Shown piece by piece: positions 58,500-64,000 of a stretch of 64,000 nt of DNA. The position numbers were made by a program, and so were the translations under genes. The stretch's first letter is position 1. Each line of letters opens with the position of its first letter. Source of the DNA: Eledone cirrhosa (taxonomy: Eukaryota); the NCBI GenBank assembly GCA_964016885.1, contig OZ024746.1, positions 8,432,001-8,496,000 of the forward strand, read 5' to 3'. A model generated the notes under the pieces. It did no database searches. It saw only the letters and a list, made by a program, of their open reading frames with translations, and had not been told where the DNA came from.

Positions 58500-58880
58500 A
58501 ATCGTTTTAACTTTTGACCCATCATTTTAGACGATAATTAATACAAATCTTCTCGCCATCTGAAGAGCCACAAAAGCAGAATTGTTCTCCCGTTGCTTAA
58601 ATACACGATAACAAATATCTCCTGGGATATGAAGCTAGGCTATTGCAGGCTAACTTCTGAGATAAACTGCTTTTAACTGGATTAATTTGATTCACTTTAT
58701 TAGTTTTTCTTCTACTGAAGCACGATTTAAATTAGGAAATATGTGAGACAAGTGTTAGTGATGTCAGTTTGGTTTGATGGTAGCTTTTAACAATGTTCAA
58801 ACACCACATCACATATATACACAAACACACATACACTTACACAAATATACACACACACATATATATATATATATATACAC
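58500..58880 (+). repeat. Dispersed repeat, copy 2 of 1060-1440
   Basis: See copy 1. Confidence 0.85.
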
Positions 58881-59161
58881 ACACAGAGTCAGACACACAT
58901 ACACACACACGCACACAAACACTTACACAAACATATACATACACACAGAGACACACACAGACACTAGCAATTGGATCTATGTAAGTAAATTACATACAGT
59001 GATTGATAAAGCATCGATATCTAGATAGATGTACAACTTTACACCTTCATCTAATAATCCCCACTCACACCTACAATAAATGATTCAGTTATCTATGAGA
59101 ATAACAAAGATCATGTGACCACACAATTGCTGGTAACGGCCATTAATATCTAGGATAGATA

Positions 59162-59348
59162 GGGCGGTGGATTGGCAGTACCGGTAGAGTGTCGGACGCC
59201 ATGCTTTCCAGCATAGAGTTACGTCCCTTTACGATCTGAGTTCAAATCCCGCCGAGGTTGACTTTGCCTCTCATCCTTACGTGGTCGATAAAATAAAGTA
59301 CCAGTAATGCACTGGGTAATTGCTGGCCTTGTGCCTGAAGTAGAAACA
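59162..59348 (+). mobile_element. Young full-length OR1-like SINE with perfect 20-bp TSD
   Basis: ATTAATATCTAGGATAGATA at 59142-59161 and 59349-59368. Confidence 0.92.
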
Positions 59349-59418
59349 ATTAATATCTAGGATAGATACCAGTAATTGTGTCGATATACTGCGACATCAA
59401 GATGAAATGTAACATTTA

Positions 59419-59685
59419 CATATAGTGACTAATATATAGTGACTAATATATAGTGACTAACATTTACATATAGTGATATAGTGACTAATATATAGTGACT
59501 AATATATAGTGACTAATATATAGTGACTAATATATAGTGACTAATATATAGTGACTAATATATAGTGACTAACATTTACTTATAGTGATATAGTGACTAA
59601 TATATAGTAATATAGTGACTAATATATAGTAATATAGTGACTAATATATAGTGACTAATATATAGTGACTAATATATAGTGACCA
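59419..59685. repeat. 14-bp minisatellite TATATAGTGACTAA
   Basis: Read directly, with some variant units. Confidence 0.92.
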
Positions 59686-60536
59686 ATAATTGTGATGGTA
59701 TTTAGTGAGCGGTGTGTGCAGTGACGTCTGTAACTTTCCTTCTTTTTGTCCTTTGTCTCGTAACTCCCGAGGGTGTCGTAAAGGTGCCGTATTGACATAT
59801 GGGTTTCTAGGCCAATTTAAAACCCCAAAGGAGCTCAACCCTCTCAAGCTCTGAACACAGGGGCCTGAACACAGAACGTAAAGGGTCATAACTATATGCG
59901 GAAAAGCATGTTGTCCGACGCTCTACCGATACTGCCAATCCACAATGTAAATGAAGTGACTGGCTCTTAGAAACCTTTTACCAACGAAACTCCTTTTTCT
60001 TAGTTGTAATATAGGAAAACAATAATAGATATGTACTATGACATCTGTATCGAATGATCGATATATATATAGTGACGTGTGGATTTATTTGTCAACGTAT
60101 GTAATAACATCTTTATTTAGGGAGTAACGTGTAACAATTATATTCAACAAAGAAAATAAACAGTTTTTGTTAAACATTCAACATGAAACTATTTGTTATT
60201 GCACACCATGTCTTTGACCATTAGCTTAAAAGTGTTGCACCACTGACATTATCAATTATGTAAGACAGAAAACCCACATCAAAGTAGTTTCACTGTCAGC
60301 TTCTCATAACTAGAAACAAGTGTATATTTCACTCAACTAATTTCCATAGGTCAGCCATGTTTACTTGTCATTTCAGCGTTCTATATACATTTCACAATTC
60401 AATCAGGAGTTCAGCAAAATAGTTTATATTTCAGCATTTAGTTTTAATTTTAAATGTCAGTCAATTTTTAGGGACTAATTATATGTTGTTGTTGTTGTTA
60501 GTCATTCTTATTCGAGCAAACACACCATTAAACGAG

Positions 60537-60760
60537 AGCGGTGGATTGGCAGAATCGATAGAGTGTCGGACAACATGCTTTGCAGCATAGAGTTATGGCC
60601 TTTTACGATGTGTGTTCAGATCCTGCCGAAGTTAGCTTTGCTTTTCATCCTTACAGGGTCGATAAAATAAAGTACCAGTAATGCACTGGTGTCGATTCAA
60701 TCGACCTCCTCTCCCTCCACCAAAATTTTTGGCCTTGTGCCTAAATCAGAAACCATTATT
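60537..60760 (+). mobile_element. OR1-like SINE, long variant
   Basis: Contains an extra GTCGATTCAATCGAC hairpin plus C-rich segment before GGCCTTGTGCC. Confidence 0.8.
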
Positions 60761-60926
60761 ATTCTATCATTATTTCGGCAATTGTCTACTCAAAACCACG
60801 TGATCAAATGTCTCTTTTTATAAGGACATTAGTGAATGTTTTAAGAGGAACTTGGCTGCTGTTTTTAACAAGTAGAGTGACCGTATCGAAGCTCCCTCAC
60901 AGACTTAATTGTCTGATTATCGAACT

Positions 60927-61803
<877 letters not shown>

Positions 61804-61984
61804 ATGATACAACATTTATACAATTAAAGAAGCCGTTAGCGACTATCGCTAGTATTAGATTACAAGAGGTTGACTGTAGCCCAGTTTTCTAGTTAATATT
61901 TGATGGACTTTATTTGAAAGTTCCAAGATGTAGTTGTCGCTGAGTCTATAGGATATCAGCTTGCTTGGAGACCGGGCGACCGGT

Positions 61985-62745
61985 CATTGGCAGTATCGGT
62001 AGAGGGTCGGACCCCATGTTTTGACGCATAGAGTTACGGCCCTTGGCCATTCTGAATTCAAATCCCGCCGAGGTTAACTTTGCCTTTCATCCTTACGGGG
62101 TCGATAAAATAAAGTACCAGTAATACACTGGGGTGATTGCTGGCCTTGTGCCAAAAGTAGAAACAATTAGATTAAGTAACCCGTACTATAACGTGAACTT
62201 GACAAAGTCATTTAACTTCCAACAATGATTAACATTATTTAATCGGTAGAGCGTCGGACAACATGCTTTGCAGCATAGGAGTTACGTCCCTTTACCGTCT
62301 GAGTTCAAATCCGCTGAGGTTTACTTTGCCTTTCATCCTTACGGAGTCGATAAAATAAAGTACCAGTAATATACTGGATAATTGCTGGCCTTGTACCAAA
62401 AGTAGAAACAATTATCTTAATCGGTAGAGCACCAGACAATATGTCTTGTGGTATATAGTTATGGCTCTTTACTTTCTGAGTTCAAATCCCACCGAAGTTA
62501 GCTTTGCCTTTCATCCTTACAAGGGTTACAAGGTCGATAACATTAAGTAGAATAACTCACCGGGGTCAATATAATCGATTTTACCCTCCCCGCCAAATTG
62601 TTGGCCTTGTGCCTAAATGAGAAACCATTATTTTAATCGGTAGAGCATCGGAAAATATGCATTGCGGTATATAGTTACGGCCCTTTATTTTCCGAGTTCA
62701 AATCCTGCCGAGGTTAGCTTTGCCTTTCATCCTTTCAAGGTTAAT
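61985..62745 (+). mobile_element. Four consecutive OR1-like SINE copies
   Basis: Heads ATCGGTAGAG at about 61995, 62241, 62420 and 62636. Confidence 0.8.
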
Positions 62746-62840
62746 AAAGTACTCAGTACATCTGCTAGAGTAGTTACTAATGGGAATCTATAGCCACTAT
62801 ACAGGAGATGTAAGATATGCATTACTTTATCAGTTTTTTG

Positions 62841-62872
<32 letters not shown>

Positions 62873-62963
62873 TGTATGTATGTATGTATGTATGTATGTA
62901 GTTTCTTGGTTTCTTGGTGAGGAGGGTGACTTTGGACATCCTGCAGGACTAAAAACAAAACCT

Positions 62964-63421
62964 GTCAAAGGGCAAAGGAGCTCTTAAGAGTCAATGGCCA
63001 TCCAAAATCACCGGGAGAGATGACCCCTTAGCCTTTGTAAAGGCAGAATTCTAGGAGAAGGACAACTCTGATATAACACCTGCAACCCTGATGGTATCCA
63101 ATGATGTTGACTTGTTCTTCTTTTTGGTAAATATCATCTTGGTTAAGAGAGTGGGACTGGCTTTGTGCAGTGCCTTTGCTCACTATAAAAGCTTCACGAC
63201 ACAGGCATTGCTTTATATCTGGAGAAGTCTCTGCACTTGTCGTCACATGGTACCATGGGCCCAGCACTATGTCTCAATAATTGTCACAAGTGTAGTGTTT
63301 GTACCAGAGTTTTCAAGTCGCTGGCTGGACTAAAAAGTCACACTCGTTCAGCGCATCGGTAGGGGTTCTCCTACATGGATATAAAGTAGTGGCCGTACTC
63401 GAAAACGAGTTGGCAGCCACC
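62964..63421 (+). mobile_element. (TATG)n-bounded RTE-related element, copy 2; diverged relative follows at about 63525-63890
   Basis: Matches 53336-53792; AAGAGTCAACGGCCATCCAAAA and TCTAGGAGAAGG recur downstream. Confidence 0.65.
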
Positions 63422-64000
63422 ATGTATGTATGTATGTATGTATGTATGTATGTATGTATGTATGTATGTATGTATGTATGTATCTATGTATGTGATTTTG
63501 GACACCATGTAGAACAAAAAACAAAACCTGACAAAGGGCAGAAGAACTCATAAGAGTCAACGGCCATCCAAAAAGTGTAAATATGTCTATGCATATGTGT
63601 GTATATGTATATATGTATATGCTTGTGTGCATGTGTATGTATATGCGCGGGGACATAGAAATAATCGGGCTGGATACCCGATCACGTGGTTAAACCACTG
63701 GGAGTGAAGGACATTCTTCTAGGAGAAGGGTACTCAGGAAAGTGGCATAACTCCGATATAAAACCTGCGGCTCAGTAGTTACCGATGATGTTGATCTTTT
63801 CTTCTTTTCGGGTTATAGCTACTTTCGCTCAGAGAGTGGGATTGGCTCAGTGCACAGTCTTTTCTCACTTTAAAACATTGCACGATAGCATTAATTAATA
63901 ATTATTAATAATGTTATACCGTGCAATGGCCATACTCGATAACGAGGGGCAGTCATCATGTATATATGTATGTTCTTCTGGATTTAATTTCACAAATGTT

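Overview
AT-rich, microsatellite-saturated animal genomic DNA. The SINE families resemble the octopus OR-type SINEs, so the source is probably an octopod cephalopod (inference). Nearly all ORFs in the track are artefacts of (TA)n/(CA)n/(GA)n repeats. One real gene is visible on the + strand: three phase-compatible coding exons (36616-36920, 48328-48784, 54881-55116) encoding about 332 aa of a synaptopodin-2/myozenin (calsarcin)-like Z-disc protein; its 5' coding exon(s) were not confidently found. The rest is transposon material: two tRNA-derived SINE families, CRE-, RTE- and R4-like LINE fragments, mariner/Tigger/hAT MITEs and minisatellites. The main hidden signal is a set of short non-coding elements inserted in (TA)n tracts that carry type I hammerhead ribozyme motifs (CUGAnGA...GAAA...NUH), from at least six sequence families. 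Many are arranged as fold-back palindromes, which fits Penelope-like pLTR or retrozyme-type relics targeting microsatellites. All folds were done by eye and none is experimentally tested.
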